Made by a program: the position numbers and the translations under genes. A stretch of 63,960 nt of DNA, filler included, from Hausera hauseri (Eukaryota): the NCBI GenBank assembly GCA_046269625.1. It is 10 parts of 10 records of this genome, joined end to end, with 100 filler letters (N's around TTAATTAATTAA, not from the genome) between each part and the next. Parts side by side here need not be neighbours in the genome. Positions count along the whole stretch, not along the records: positions 31,991 to 37,829 come from JBJURY010181195.1; positions 37,930 to 43,509 come from JBJURY010226853.1; positions 43,610 to 49,352 come from JBJURY010196414.1; positions 49,453 to 54,825 come from JBJURY010268175.1; 6 more parts are not named here. One strand, written 5' to 3'. The notes beneath the pieces were generated by a model. That model ran no database searches. It saw only the letters and a program-made list of their open reading frames with translations, and had not been told where the DNA came from. Below are positions 36,980 through 49,807 of the stretch, in pieces. Each line of letters starts with the position of its first letter. Position 1 is the stretch's first letter.

Positions 36980-37829
36980 ACTTAGAATTTAAACTTATTT
37001 TTGTGTCCAAAATTTGGCATTTCTGCTCGAGATTGCAACTTAGTTCTAATGAATCCATCTCTAGAAGTAGCGTCAGTTACACTCTGTGAGGCCTCTGTTA
37101 CCTGTTTAACATCTTTCCAAAGACTGCGTGACAAGGAAAGTCAACAATCTCCAAGCTATTATTTTTGCCATTTGAAGGTCCTCATTAGAAATATGTCGAA
37201 GAATCGGCGGTGCTGTAACCTGACACTCGTGCCACACAATAATTTCGGTGTAATCTCTATCAGAGAAATTAATATTTGGTGGTTTAAATATCCTGCGTTT
37301 AGTGCTACTTTCAGCTTCTCTACCTTTTATTATTCTTCGCAATGCCAGCTCCCAAATGTGGTCTCTACCATCAAACATACTGACAAGTATGTTTTCTGTA
37401 TGCGCAAAAAAAGCATTTCTTTCAATAACAGAATCCACAACAGATCTCAGATTTTCGGGTAAAATCTAGAGTACATAATCAGTTGAAAAATATATTTGGG
37501 TGTGTCCTTAAACGAAGTCTTTGTCTTGATTAGGAACCAAATCGGAGAGTATACCTTAACCACGTAGCTGACAAGCAATTGCAAATCTTCTAAAGTACGA
37601 GTCTGAGTATACGATTAGCAGAAGTAAGACATCTCGAGTGCGCTATTTTTCCAGCTTGAAGGTTTGCCAGCTCAGAACTACAGGAACCACTTGATACAGC
37701 TTGACATATCTCATAAAGATATTTTTAATCCGTACTTAGTTCATCGACGACATTTTTCGGTAAGTCAGGTAAATTACCAGCCACCGCATAAAAAATACAC
37801 CGTGGTTTTATTTTCGTAAATATCTAATT
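36980..37829 (-). pseudogene. C-terminal fragment of a hAT-related (hATx-like) DNA transposase
   Basis: YLYEICQAVSSG, LVSYVVKVYSPIWF, VIERNAFFAHTENIL, RIFKPPNINF, PPIL, TQSLERC...VTEAS, RDGFIRTKL. Confidence 0.7.
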
Positions 37830-37930
37830 NNNNNNNNNNNNNNNNNNNNNNNNNNNNNNNNNNNNNNNNNNNNTTAATTAATTAANNNNNNNNNNNNNNN
37901 NNNNNNNNNNNNNNNNNNNNNNNNNNNNNA

Positions 37931-38113
37931 TCCGTTCTTTAACTTTAGCCTAGCTCCGGATTATGACATTGACCAGTCACAACTACGTCAATAGGGAAAC
38001 CTGAAATAGGATGTTCACTTTGTCAAAGCGCTGGAAGAGTCTACCGTGATATACATTTACGGTGTATTTGATGCCAATGTGGTAATAACGAAAAATGGAA
38101 CCGTCATTGTATA
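37931..38113 (+). pseudogene. Maverick major capsid protein, C-terminal end
   Basis: FNFSLAPDY...GNLK*DVHFVKALEESTVIYIYGVFDANVVITKNGTV* matches the FDLTPD...GNLRLE..F..AL...VIVYAEF pattern. Confidence 0.7.
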
Positions 38114-38169
38114 AATAAACTCTGATATCTCTTTTTCTTAATACCATGAAGTAATTTATTATTATTGTT

Positions 38170-38545
38170 ATGCTTAAATCACGTTTTACGTTTGGCTCCA
38201 CTGAGCTCAGTCACTACGGAAAACTGTTCATGGGTGTGATATTTCACAGTGTGTTTCTACTGGACCGTGTGCCACGTGACTTACGACAAACTGGTGGTGG
38301 TGGCGTTGGTTTCATTGAAAATACACAAACGTCGTCGTTACCGGGCGAACATTGGATTGCTGTGTACGTGGATCCTACCATCGTCAGAGTATTCGATCCG
38401 CTCGGATTTTACCATCCCTCATCGTTAGTTTCTCAAATTGAAACAATCACATCGTTATCGTGTTGAATATAATACACTTCATTATCAACATCCAATGACT
38501 ATGCTGCGTGGACATTACTGCTTCTTGTGGCTTACGCTACAAACA
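38170..38545 (+). pseudogene. Maverick adenain-like cysteine protease
   Basis: ENTQTSSLPGEHWIAVY, FDPLG; frameshifted tail YNTLHYQH....GHYCFLWL. Confidence 0.82.
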
Positions 38546-39539
38546 CTTGTGAACAATGGTCGCTGAACGTTTTCTATTTTGAACACATTGTGAAATTAAA
38601 ATATATACATGGTAACAAAGGCTGTTTGTGTATTTATGAAATATATCTTTATTGTTATACATTTACATACGTCAAAACAATTTTCAGTAAATTTATTTGA
38701 TCACCTCATATCATTTTTTAGATTCACATTTGACCAGACATTATATGTAAACCTTATATTTGGATGGCTTTTAACTGCATCATCTTTATAATGTGAAAAA
38801 TTAGCAATTGTGATGTACTTTTATACGGTATCATTGAGTCAGCGCATTTACAATCAGATATTTATCATTTTTACATATTGCACTTCATATTTAGACTGTG
38901 CCTTTATTAGTTTTAATAAATAGTTTTAATCATTTCAGAAAGATGATGTAATTTGAGAATTGAGTTATCTAACATTTGCAAATTTAGATGTAAGTTTTCT
39001 ACTGCTCTCAAGGTTTTTGTGTCAGTGCGTGTGCCATCATGTTTCTCTGAGACGTTTGTCACACACCACTCATCAGTGCCTCAGTGTTTCTTGCAGAACT
39101 GCAAAATTTTGTGATATGCATTCAGTTGGTGGCACAGTGACAGTAAAGACAGCCAGAAAAAAAAGAAAATTTATTGGCACTTGATCTATAAAACTAGATT
39201 ACATTTAAATAAAATAATATTGTGAATTATATCCAAAATTAAAGCTGCGCGCAGCCTCGAACGGCCCTCAGCAGCGAAGCCGCTGAAGCCCTATTGTCCC
39301 CGCGCTGTCGTCCCAGCACCGCCGTCCGCCAGCCACCGCGCCTACTGTCGCTCCGTTCCCGCTCACGTCCGCCTGGCGACGGTCATCAACGCGATCGGCA
39401 GCGCCACCAGACGACACTCAATAAATCTGTGGCAGATTGGCTGATGCGGCGAGGAGACAGAGCTGTTGGATTACTCAAATTATATTATTTGGTCAAAAAC
39501 ATCAGCCTACAGATCCAGTTCAGATTATTGGTGCCTTAG

Positions 39540-40340
39540 CTCGGTTTTGTCAGACCTCTGTTAGGAATCTTGGTTTCACATGTGACAGCTTCCTAAGGCT
39601 GGATAAACAAGTCAGTTCTGTTGTTAAAGCCAGTTTCTACCACCTTCGGCTTTTAGCAAAAGTCAAATCTTACTTCCGTCCTAAGGACTTTGAAGGACTT
39701 ATCCATGCCTTTATTGCAACTCGTTTGGATTATTGTAACTCAATATATAAGTGGATAATTCACAAATTACGCGACTTCAAATGATCCAGAATGCGGCAGC
39801 CCAGTTTCTTACAGGAGCCAGAAAGCGTGACCATATAAGTTTGATCCAGAATGCGGCAGCCCAGTTTCTTACAGGAGCCAGAAAGCGTGACCATATAAGT
39901 TCCACTCTAGCATCTCTACATTGGCTGCTTGTCTTTTATCGTATAGATTTTAAGATTCTTTAATTAACTTATAAAGTTTTAAATAGATTAGTCCCCCTGT
40001 ATCTTCTGGATCTTGTAAACTTGCGGTTTGTGTCCAGAATCTTGCTATCTAATAATCAGTTATTACTCTCAGTTCCTCGGACACGACTTAAGAGGAAAGG
40101 AAATCAAGCTTTTTCTGCTGCTGCTCTTGTTTTATGGAATAACCTACCTTTCCAGATTAGATCTGCTCAAAGCCTGGATCATTTAAAATCGCTTCTTAAA
40201 ACTCATTTGTTCTCTTTGGCATTTAATTGATGTATTGTTTTATATTCAGTTTCTTCAATTGTGCTATCGCTTTTGTACAGCACTTTGGTGCAGTTTTATT
40301 CCTGTTTTAAAGTGCTATTTAAATAAATTTGACATTGACA
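39540..40340 (+). mobile_element. 5'-truncated L2/CR1-group LINE of teleost type, with a 60-bp internal tandem duplication
   Basis: VRNLG..D..L..DKQVSSVVKASFYHLR, IHAFIATRLDYCNS, QNAAA.FLTG..KRDHIS..LASLHWL, LWNNLP..IR, KSLLKTHLFSLAF*. Typical 3' UTR GTACAGCACTTTG...AAGTGCT...AAATAAA. Confidence 0.92.
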
Positions 40341-43300
40341 TGGAAAGTAAATGCAGCTCTAACTTGGCCTGTGGAAGTTATTCAACCTTGATTTTTCATG
40401 GAGAAAAGAAAAGTGTGACACTTATCCTCTGCCCACATGCTTTGATGCAGGACAAATCTTTTGGTAACTTTTCACCTTCAGTGTCTCAAGAGTGTTCTGA
40501 GTGAGTTTGAAGTCTGTGTCTCAAAAGCTGTAGTTTTCTCAGAACATGTTTATAAGAGACAAAATGGCGGCGGCAGCTTTGAACCAAAATGTCCGACTTC
40601 CTGTTGGGTTTGGACCATGGCTCCAAGAGACTTTTTTCTAGGTCCTAACATGAAACACATTAGTAGCAAGTTTCATAATCCTAGGTCTTTGTATTATGCA
40701 ATAAACATTTATTTTCATCCTTCTCATGTGGTCTTCTTGCATTTGGATTAAATCAGCTAAACCCATCATGACAGGTGTCAGCATTTATTGTGCAAATGAT
40801 GTTGAATTAGAAATTTTGCAGCAACAGCTAAATTTTGAGTGTTATTTCCCACTACTCTGAACTCACCATCTCCCCTGTCGTCTACCACATTGAGCTGTGT
40901 GAAGCTAAATAGCGGTTGGAGTCCAATATCATCTCCTTTGTATTATGCAATAAACATTTGATTATTTTCATCCTTCTACTGTGGTCTTCTTGCATGTGGG
41001 TTAAATCAGCTAAACCCATGATGACAGGTGTTAGCATTTATTGTGCAGATGTTGAATTCAAAGTTTTGCAGCAACAACAGCTTAATTTGGAGTTTTTGGA
41101 ATATCAGTTTTGTCGTTTGAACATGGTCCTTGGGTTAAATGTATGGAGTGAAAATGGTCTCAAAATATCCACGTAAAAAGTTTTGTGCATGTGTAAAAGT
41201 ACCTGTGTGTGTAAAAAATCTGTAATTATGGATTTGTAAACCTTAAGACAATAAATCTACTTCTATAAATGTTGAAAAAGTATATAAAAGTAACCTGGTG
41301 CAAAAAAGAAAACTGCATTTACAAACATCCAGTTATCGGTGCACAACAATTTTTCAGACTCATTTCACACTTCCAGGAGCTCCCAGATTTGTGTGTAGAT
41401 GGTGCATTTACATTCTAGTATGAAGCTGTGTCAGCTGAGTTTTACTCTGAGTCTAGCGTTTTTGTCCTTCATAATATCCTAAAATTATGTATAGACATAT
41501 TGTGCAGTTTGGAGCAGTACAAGAGACTAAAATGTCTGAAAAAGGACCACTGGGAGGTGGAATGGTTTGCTGGCCGGAAAAGTAAGAAAGTGTCCCAGTG
41601 GTCTGAACTCTGAAGTAAGTAGAAGCTAAACCTACAGGTTTGATTATGAGATGGAGTAGTTATAAATGATTTCAAATTGTTTGATATGTCTGGTATTTGG
41701 ATACTCTGCCCTCATATGTTTCTGTTAGTGGGAGGTAATGTTTGTCAACTATGCTACTTTTTGCGCTTAGCAACTAAGCATGAATATTTAGTGTCACTCA
41801 TCAAATTGAATAGATTATCTTCAGTCTTAACTTTAACCCTGGTTGATGCAGCTTTATGATTGCCAGCAGTCCATATTGATCATACATATCCAGTTTGGTC
41901 CCAGTCATTTAGAGATAATCGTATTCATAGGGCAAGGGACTGCAACTCGCCATTTAGCTTCGCCTGCACGGTTTACAGTATTGGCAGAGCTCACCATCAT
42001 TTCGTTTTATGTCAGTTTGCACAGCATTCAACTCATTTGAGTCATAGAGGAATGATAAGAAAACCAGCAGTACAAAATGTAACATACAGTTCTCAGGGGC
42101 CGTGGCTTAAGTTATGTCATCGATTGATTGTGTGAATGTAATCAGAGCTGGTCTTTAATGAGACATGGAAAGTCTGCTGCAGCCGTGACCTTGCATTTGG
42201 AAGTTATTAAACCTTGATGTTTCATGGAGAAAAGTCAGTTTGACACTTAGCCATGCCCACATGCTTTGATGCAGGAGAAAACCTTCAGTGTCTCAAGAGT
42301 GTATTGAGTGAGTTTGAAGTCTGTGTCTCAAAAGCTGTAGTTTTCTCAGAACATGTTTATAAGAGACAAAATGGCGGCGGCAGCTTTGAACCAAAATGTC
42401 CGACTTCCTGTTGGGTTTGGACCATGGCTCCAAGAGACTTTTTTGTAGGTCCTGACATGAAACACATTTGTAGCAAGTTTCATAATCCTAGGTTAAAGCA
42501 GGACTTGGGGCTGATCATTTAAAATATTCTAGGGGGCACTGTTGAGACATTAGGCCACGCTCACCAAATATTGCACTGGATTCCTGTCAGTGGGTGGATA
42601 AAGATCCATCTTAGTGAGTTTGGCACAGCTGGACTCAAAATTGTGGAACTCAGAGCCAAATGTATGGCAATGGCATTACAGGTAATTTTGCCACGCGGCC
42701 ACGCCCACCTGCTGCATTGAAATCATCTGGGGTTGGAATCCACTACACACCAACATGTCTTCTGTCTGTGCACACAGTTTCATGTTGATTAGGTCAAAGG
42801 GGTCAGATAGCGATTGTTCACAGTAAAACATGACACTTCCTGTTCTCGGGGGGCGTGGCTTAAGTTATGTCATCATTTGACCATGTGAATGTAATCAGGG
42901 CTGCTCTATAATGAGACATGGAATGTCTGATGCAGCTCTGGCCTGGCCAGTGGAAGTTATGAAACCTTGATGTTTCGTGGAGAAAAGGCAAAGTTTGACA
43001 CTTAGCCACGCCCACATGCTTTGGAGTACGAGAATTCTTTTGATAACTTTTCATCTTCAATGTCTCAAGAGTGTACTCAGTGAGTTTCAAGTCTGTATCT
43101 CAAAAGCTGTAGGAGGAGTTCGATCAAATACGACGTCTATAAAAAAGAGGAAATAGCCTCTTTGATCCAAAATGGCCGACTTCCTGTTGGGTTTGGACCA
43201 TGGCTCCAAGAGACTTTTTTGTACATCCTGACAAGATACACATGTGTACCAAGTGTCATTATTCTGAGATAAAGCATGGCTTGGGGCTGATCATTTAAAA

Positions 43301-43509
43301 TGTTCTAGGGGGCGCTGTTGAGACATTAGGCCACGCCCACCGATTATTGCACCGGATTCCTGTCCGGGGGTGTATAAAGATCCACCCTGGTGAGTTTGGT
43401 GCAGCTGTACTCAAAATTGTGGAATTCAGAGCCAAACGTATGGCAACGGCATTACAGGTCACTTGGCCACGCCGCCACGCCCACCTGCTGCAGTTAAACC
43501 AGCTGTGTT
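40340..43509 (+). repeat. Teleost-type interspersed/tandem repeat, ~750-780-bp units (partial 40340-40686; 42140-42890; 42890-43509)
   Basis: CAAAATG.CCGACTTCCTGTTGGGTTTGGACCATGGCTCCAAGAGACTTTTT occurs three times (~40585, ~42392, ~43168). GGGCTGATCATTTAAAA at 42508 and 43284. Confidence 0.8.
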
Positions 43510-43609
43510 NNNNNNNNNNNNNNNNNNNNNNNNNNNNNNNNNNNNNNNNNNNNTTAATTAATTAANNNNNNNNNNNNNNNNNNNNNNNNNNNNNNNNNNN
43601 NNNNNNNNN

Positions 43610-46600
43610 ACTAAGTCCGAATATGTATGTGTCCGGAAATGCGAGAGTCCAAAATTAGTTTCGACGCAACTCCTTCTGCAGTATGCGAAAATGTGGGTGT
43701 CTGGAACTGGGTCAGTCCAAAACTTGTTTCGACGTAACTAGTTTTGCAGTATCCGAAAATGTAGGTGTCCGGAACTGAGTCAGTCCAAATTTGTTTCGAC
43801 GCAGCTCGTTCCGCCGGATCCAAAAATGTAGGTGTCCGGAACTGAGTCAGTCCAAATTTGTTTCGATGCAACTCCTTCCGCAGTATTCGAAAATTTCGGT
43901 GTAGGGAACTGGGACAGGCCAAAATTTTTTTGTACCCAACTCATTCTGCTGAATCCACATATGCATTCGTCCGGAATTGTGTCAGTCCAAAATTATTTTC
44001 AGCCCAGCGCACTCCGCTAAGTCCGAATATGTAGTTGTCTGGAAATGGGAGAGTCCAAAATTTGTTTCGACGCAACTCGTTCCGCAGTATCCGAAAACGT
44101 AGGTGTCCGGAAGAGGGTCGTTCCAAAATTTATTGCGACCCAACTCAATCCGTTAAATCTGAATATGCAGGTGTCCGGAACTGTGTCAGTCCAAAATTTG
44201 TTTCGACGCACCTCTTTCCGCCGGATCCGAAAATGTAGGGGTCCGGAACTTAGTCAGTCCAAAATTTGTTTCGACACATCTCTTTCCGCAGTGTACAAAA
44301 ATGAACGTGTCCGTAACGGGGTCAGTCTTTAATTTTTTTCGGGCCAAGTAATTGCGCTTTGTACGAATTTGCAGGTGTCCGGATCTTAGTCAGTCCAAAA
44401 TTTGTTTCGACGCAACTCGTTCCGCCGAATCCGAAAATGTAGGGGTCCGGAACTGAGTCAGTCCAAAATTTGTTTCGACGCAACTCGTTCCGCCGGATCC
44501 GAAAATGTAGGGGTCCGGATCTGGGACTGTCCAAAATTTGTTTCGACGCAACTCGTTCCTATGTATCCAAATATGTAGGTTTCCGGAACTGTGTCAATCC
44601 GAAATTTCTTTTGACCCAAGTAATTCCGCTATATATGACTATGCAGGTGTCCGGAACTGGGTCATTACGAACTTTGTTTCGATGCAACTCCTTCTGCAGA
44701 ATGCGAAACTGTGGCTGTCCGGAAGGGGTCAGTCCAAATTTTTTTGGACCCAACTCATTCTGCTGAATCCACATATGCATGCGTCCGGAACTGGTTTAGT
44801 CCAAAATTCATTTCCGCCCAATTCATTCCACTAAGTCCGAATATGTATGTGTCCGGAAATGCGAGAGTCCAAAATTAGTTTCGACGCAACTCCTTCTGCA
44901 GTATGCAAAAATGTGGGTGTCCGGAACTGGGTCAGTCCAAAATTTTTTGCACCCAACTCATTCTGCTGAATCCACATATGCGTTCGTCCGGAACTGGGTC
45001 AGTCCCAAATTTTTTTCCGCCCAACGCATTCCGCTAAGTCCAAATATGTAGGTGTGCGGAAATGGGAGTGTCCACATTTTGTTTCGGCGCAACTCCTTCC
45101 GCTGTATCCGAAAATGTAGGTGTCCGGAACTGGATCATTCCAAAATTTGTTTCGACGCAACTCGTTCCGCAGTATCCGAAAATGTAGGTGTTTGGAACAG
45201 GGTCAGTACAAAATTTTTTTCGACCCAACTCATTCCGCTAATTCCGAATATGCAGGTGTACGGAACTGGGTCAGTACAAAATTTGTTTTGACGCAACTCC
45301 TTCCGCAGTATCCGAAAATGTGGGTGTCCGGAACTGGGTCAGTCCAAATTTGTTTTCGGCCCAACTCATTGCGATGAATCCGAATATGCATGTGCGCGGA
45401 ACTGGGTCATTCCAAAATTTTTTTCAACCCAACACATTTCGCTTAGTCCAAATATGTAGGTGTCCGAATCTGGGTCAGTCTAAAATTTGTTTTGACCCAC
45501 CTCTTTCCGCAGTGTCCTGAAATGTAGGTGTCCGGAACTGGGTCTGTCCAAAATGTCTTTAGACGCAAGTCGTTCCGCCCGATCCGGAAATATAGGTGTT
45601 CGGAACTGGGTCAGTCCAAATTTTTTGCGGGCCAAGTCATTGCGCTTTTTAAGAATATGCAGGTGTAAGGATCTGGGTCAGTCTAAAATTTGTTTCGACG
45701 CACCTCTTTTCGCAGTGTCCAAAGATGTAGGTGTCCGGAACTCGGTCATTCCGAAATTTGTTTCGGCGCAACTCCTTCCGCAGTATTCGAAAATATCGGT
45801 GTCCGGAACTGGGACAGGCCAAAATTTTTTTGTACCCAACTCATTCTGCTGAATCCACGTATGCATTCTTCGGAACTGTGTCAGTCTAAAATTCTTTTCC
45901 GCCGAACGCACTCCGCTAAGTCCGAAAATGTAGGTGTCCGGAACAGGGTCATTCCAAAATTTATTGCGACACAACTCATTCCGCTACATCTGAATATGCA
46001 GGTGTCCGGAACTGTGTCATTCCAAAATTTGTTTCGACGTAACTCGTTCCAGTGTATCCGACAATGTAGGTGTCCCGAACTGGGTCAGTCCGAATTTCTT
46101 TTCGGACCAAGTAACTGCGCTTTGTCCGAATATGCAGGTGTACGGATCTGGGTCTGTCCAAAATTTTTTTCGACCCAACTCATTCCGCTATATCTGAATA
46201 TGCAGGTGTCCGGAACTGGATCATTACGAAATTTGTTTCGATGCACTCCTTCTGCAGTATGCGAAAATGTAGGTGTCCGGAAATGGGTCAATCCAAATCT
46301 TGTTTCGACGCAACTCGCTCCGTTGAATCCGAATATGTAGGCGTACGGAACTGGGTCAGTACAAAATTTTTTTCGGGCCAAGAAATTGCGCTTTTGTAGG
46401 AATATGCAGGTGTACGGATCTGGGTCTGTCCAAAATTTTTTCGACGCAACTCATTCCGCCGTATCCGAAAATGTAGTTGTACGGAACTGGATCAGTCCAA
46501 AATTTTTTTCGACCCAACACATTCTGCTATATCTGAGTATGCAGGTGTCCGAACTGGGTCATTCCGAAATTTGTTTCGACGCAACTCCTTCCGCAGTATC

Positions 46601-49352
46601 CGAAAATGTAGGAGTCTGGAACTGGGTCAGTCCGAATTTTTTTGGACCCAACTCATTCTGCTGAATCCACAGATGCATGTGTCCGGCACGGTGTCAGTGC
46701 AAGTTTTTTTCAATCCAACTCATTCCGCTTAGTCCGAATATGTAGGTGTACGGATATGGATCAGTACAAAATTCGTTTCGACGCAACTCCTTCCGCAGTA
46801 TGCGAAAATGTGGGTGTCCGTAACGGAGTCAGTCCAAAATTTGTTTCGACGCAACTTGTTCCGCCGTATCCGAAAATGTAGGTGTCCGGAACTGGATCAG
46901 TCCAAATTTTTTCGACCCAACTCATTCCGCAAAATCTGAATATGCAGGTGTACGGAACTGGGTCAGTACAAAATTTTTTTCAACCAAACTAATTCCGCTA
47001 GGTCCGAATATGTAGGTGTACGTAACTGGGTCAGTCCAAAATTTTTTTCGAAGCAATTCGTTCGGCAATGTCCGAAAATGTGGGTGTTCGGAACTGGGTC
47101 AATCCAAATTTCCTTTCGGCCCAACTCATTGCGCTGAGTCCGAATATGTAGGTGTCCGGAACTGGATCTGTCCAGAATATTTTTCGGCCTAAGTAATTGC
47201 ACTGAGTTCGAATATGCATGTGTCCGGAAATGGGTCATTCCAAAATTTGTTTTGACGCAACTCGTTCCGCATTGTCCGAAAATGTGGGTGTCCGGAACTG
47301 AGTCAGTCCAAAATTTTTTTGGACCCAACTCATTCTGCTGAATCCACATATGCATGTGTCCGGAACTGGGTCAGTCCAAAATTTGTTTCGATGCAACTCG
47401 TTCCGCCGTATCCGAAAATGTAGGTGTCCGGAACTGGGTAATTCGAAAATTTTTTTCGATCCAACTCGCTTCGCTAATTAGGAATATGTAGGTGTACGGA
47501 ACTGGGTCAGTCCAAAATTTTTTTGGCCCAACTCATTCTGCTCAATCCACATTTGCATGTGTCCGGAACTGGGTCAGTCCAAAATTTCTTTCGACGCAAC
47601 ACGTTCCGCAGTATCCGAAAATGTGGGTGTCCGGAACTGGGTCAGTCCAAAATTTTTTTCGACGCAATTCGTTCCGCAGTGTCCGAAAATGTAGGTGTCC
47701 GGAACTGGGTCATTCCGAAATTTGTTTCGACGCAACTCGTTCCGCTGTATCCAAAAATGTTGGTGTCCGAAACTGGGTCAGTCCAAAATTCCTTCCGCCC
47801 ACCTCATTCAGCTAAGTCCGAATATGCAGGTGTCCGGAACTGGGTCAGTCCAAAATTTTTTTGGACCCAACTCATTCTGCTGAATCCACATATGCATGTG
47901 TCCGGAACTGGGTCACTCCAAAACTTGTTTCGACGCAACTCGTTCCGCCGTATCCGAAAATGTAGGTGTCCGGAAATGTATCAGTCCAAAATTATTTAAA
48001 CCCAACTCATTCCGCTAAATCTGAATATGCAGGTGTCCGGAACTGGGTCATTCAAAAAATTTTTTCGATCCAACTCGCTTCGCTAATTCCGAATATGCAG
48101 GTGTCCGGAACTGGGTCAGTCCAAAATTTTTTTGGACCCAACTCAATCTGCTCAATCCACATTTGCACGTGTCCGGAACTGGGTCACTCCGAAATTTGTA
48201 TCGACGCAACTCCTTCCGCAGTATAAGAAAATGTGGGTGTCCGGATCTGGGTCAGTCCGAAATTTTTTGGACCCAAATCACTCCGCTGTGTTCGAGTATG
48301 CTGGTGTTCAGAGCTGGGTCAGTCCAACATTTTTTCCGACCCAACACGTTCCGCTAAGTCCAACTATGTAGGTGTCCGGAACTGGGACAGTCCAAAATTT
48401 GTTTTGACGCAACACGTTCCGCAGTATCCGAAAATGTGGGTGTCCGGAACTGGGTCAGTCCAAAATTTTTCTCGACGCAATTTGTTCCGCAGTGTCCGAA
48501 AATCTAGGTGTCCGGAACTGGGTCAGTCCAACATTTTTTCCGACCCAGCCCGTTCCGCTAAGTCCCACTATGTAGGTGTCCGGAACTGGGACAGTCCAAA
48601 ATTTGTTTCGACGCCACTCGTTCCGTTGTATCTGAAAATGTGGGTGTCCGGAACTGGGTCAATCCAAATTTCTTTTCGGCCCAACTCATTGCGCTGAGTC
48701 CGAATATGCATATGTCAGGAAATGGGTAAGTCCAAAATTCTTTTGGACCCAACTCATTCTGCTGAATCCACACATGCATGCGTCCGGAACTGGGTCAGTC
48801 CAAAATTTCTTTCGACGCAACTCGTTCCGCTGTATTCGAATATTTAGGTATCCGGAATTTTATCAGTCCAAAATTTTTTTCGGGCCATCTAATTGCGCTT
48901 TGTAAGAATATGCAGGTGTACAGATCTGAGTCTGTCCAAAATTTGTTTCGAAGCAACTCAATCCGCCGTATCCGAAAATGTAGGTGTCCGGAACTGTATC
49001 AGTACAAAATTTTTTTCGACCCAACTCATTGCGCTATATCTGAATATGCACGACTCCCGAACTGGGTCACTCCGAAATTTGTATCGACGCAACTCCTTCC
49101 GCAGTATGCGAAAATGTGGGTGTCCGGATCTGGGTCAGTCCGAAATATTTTGGACCCAAATCACTCCGCTGTGTTTGAGTATGCAGGTGTTCAGAACTGG
49201 GTCAGTCCAACATTTTTTCCGACCCAACAGGTTCCCCTAAGTCCAACTATGTAGGTGTCCGGAACTAGGACAGTACAAAATTTGTTTTGACGCAACACGT
49301 TCCGCAGTATCCGAAAATGTGGGTGTCCGGAACTGGGTCAGTCCAAAATTTT
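43610..49352. repeat. Satellite array, 68-bp unit (AAAATGTAGGTGTCCGGAACTGGGTCAGTCCAAAATTTGTTTCGACGCAACTCGTTCCGCAGTATCCG)
   Basis: AAAATGTAGG at 45111 and 45179; fills the whole contig. ORFs are repeat translations. Confidence 0.97.
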
Positions 49353-49807
49353 NNNNNNNNNNNNNNNNNNNNNNNNNNNNNNNNNNNNNNNNNNNNTTAA
49401 TTAATTAANNNNNNNNNNNNNNNNNNNNNNNNNNNNNNNNNNNNNNNNNNNNTATATACAATTTATACATTTATGCACCCCTTACACCTCTTCCGTTGGG
49501 GTTTGACCGGATTCCCCAACTAGTCATTCTGGTTCCAACAATTGGTGTTTTAATTCTAAACATTTGGATAAAAATAAAGATTCAGATGAAGTTATTGATC
49601 ATGAAGGCGATAGAATTTAAATGCTTACAAAAAGTTCCTTGACGTGAAAGTAATCGAATTGATCGCAAAAAGGAAAGCCGTGTTCACTGATGGAATTAAA
49701 CTTGTCTCGATAATTGGGATCGGTCGGGGCAGAACAATGTTTTTAAAGGCTCACTCAACAGCTACAAGACAAGAGGCAAAATATGTGATGATACCACACT
49801 ACCCAGA

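Noticed and set aside
43610-49352. Many overlapping ORFs; CRISPR or tRNA-derived array
   Set aside because: The variable halves are homologous to each other rather than unique spacers; no cloverleaf or convincing A/B boxes; the 68-bp period shifts frame each unit.
49530-49560. LTR end plus PBS (CA-AT-TGGTG) for the CsRn1-type element
   Set aside because: Only 5 nt match a tRNA 3' end, and no second LTR is in the contig to confirm it.
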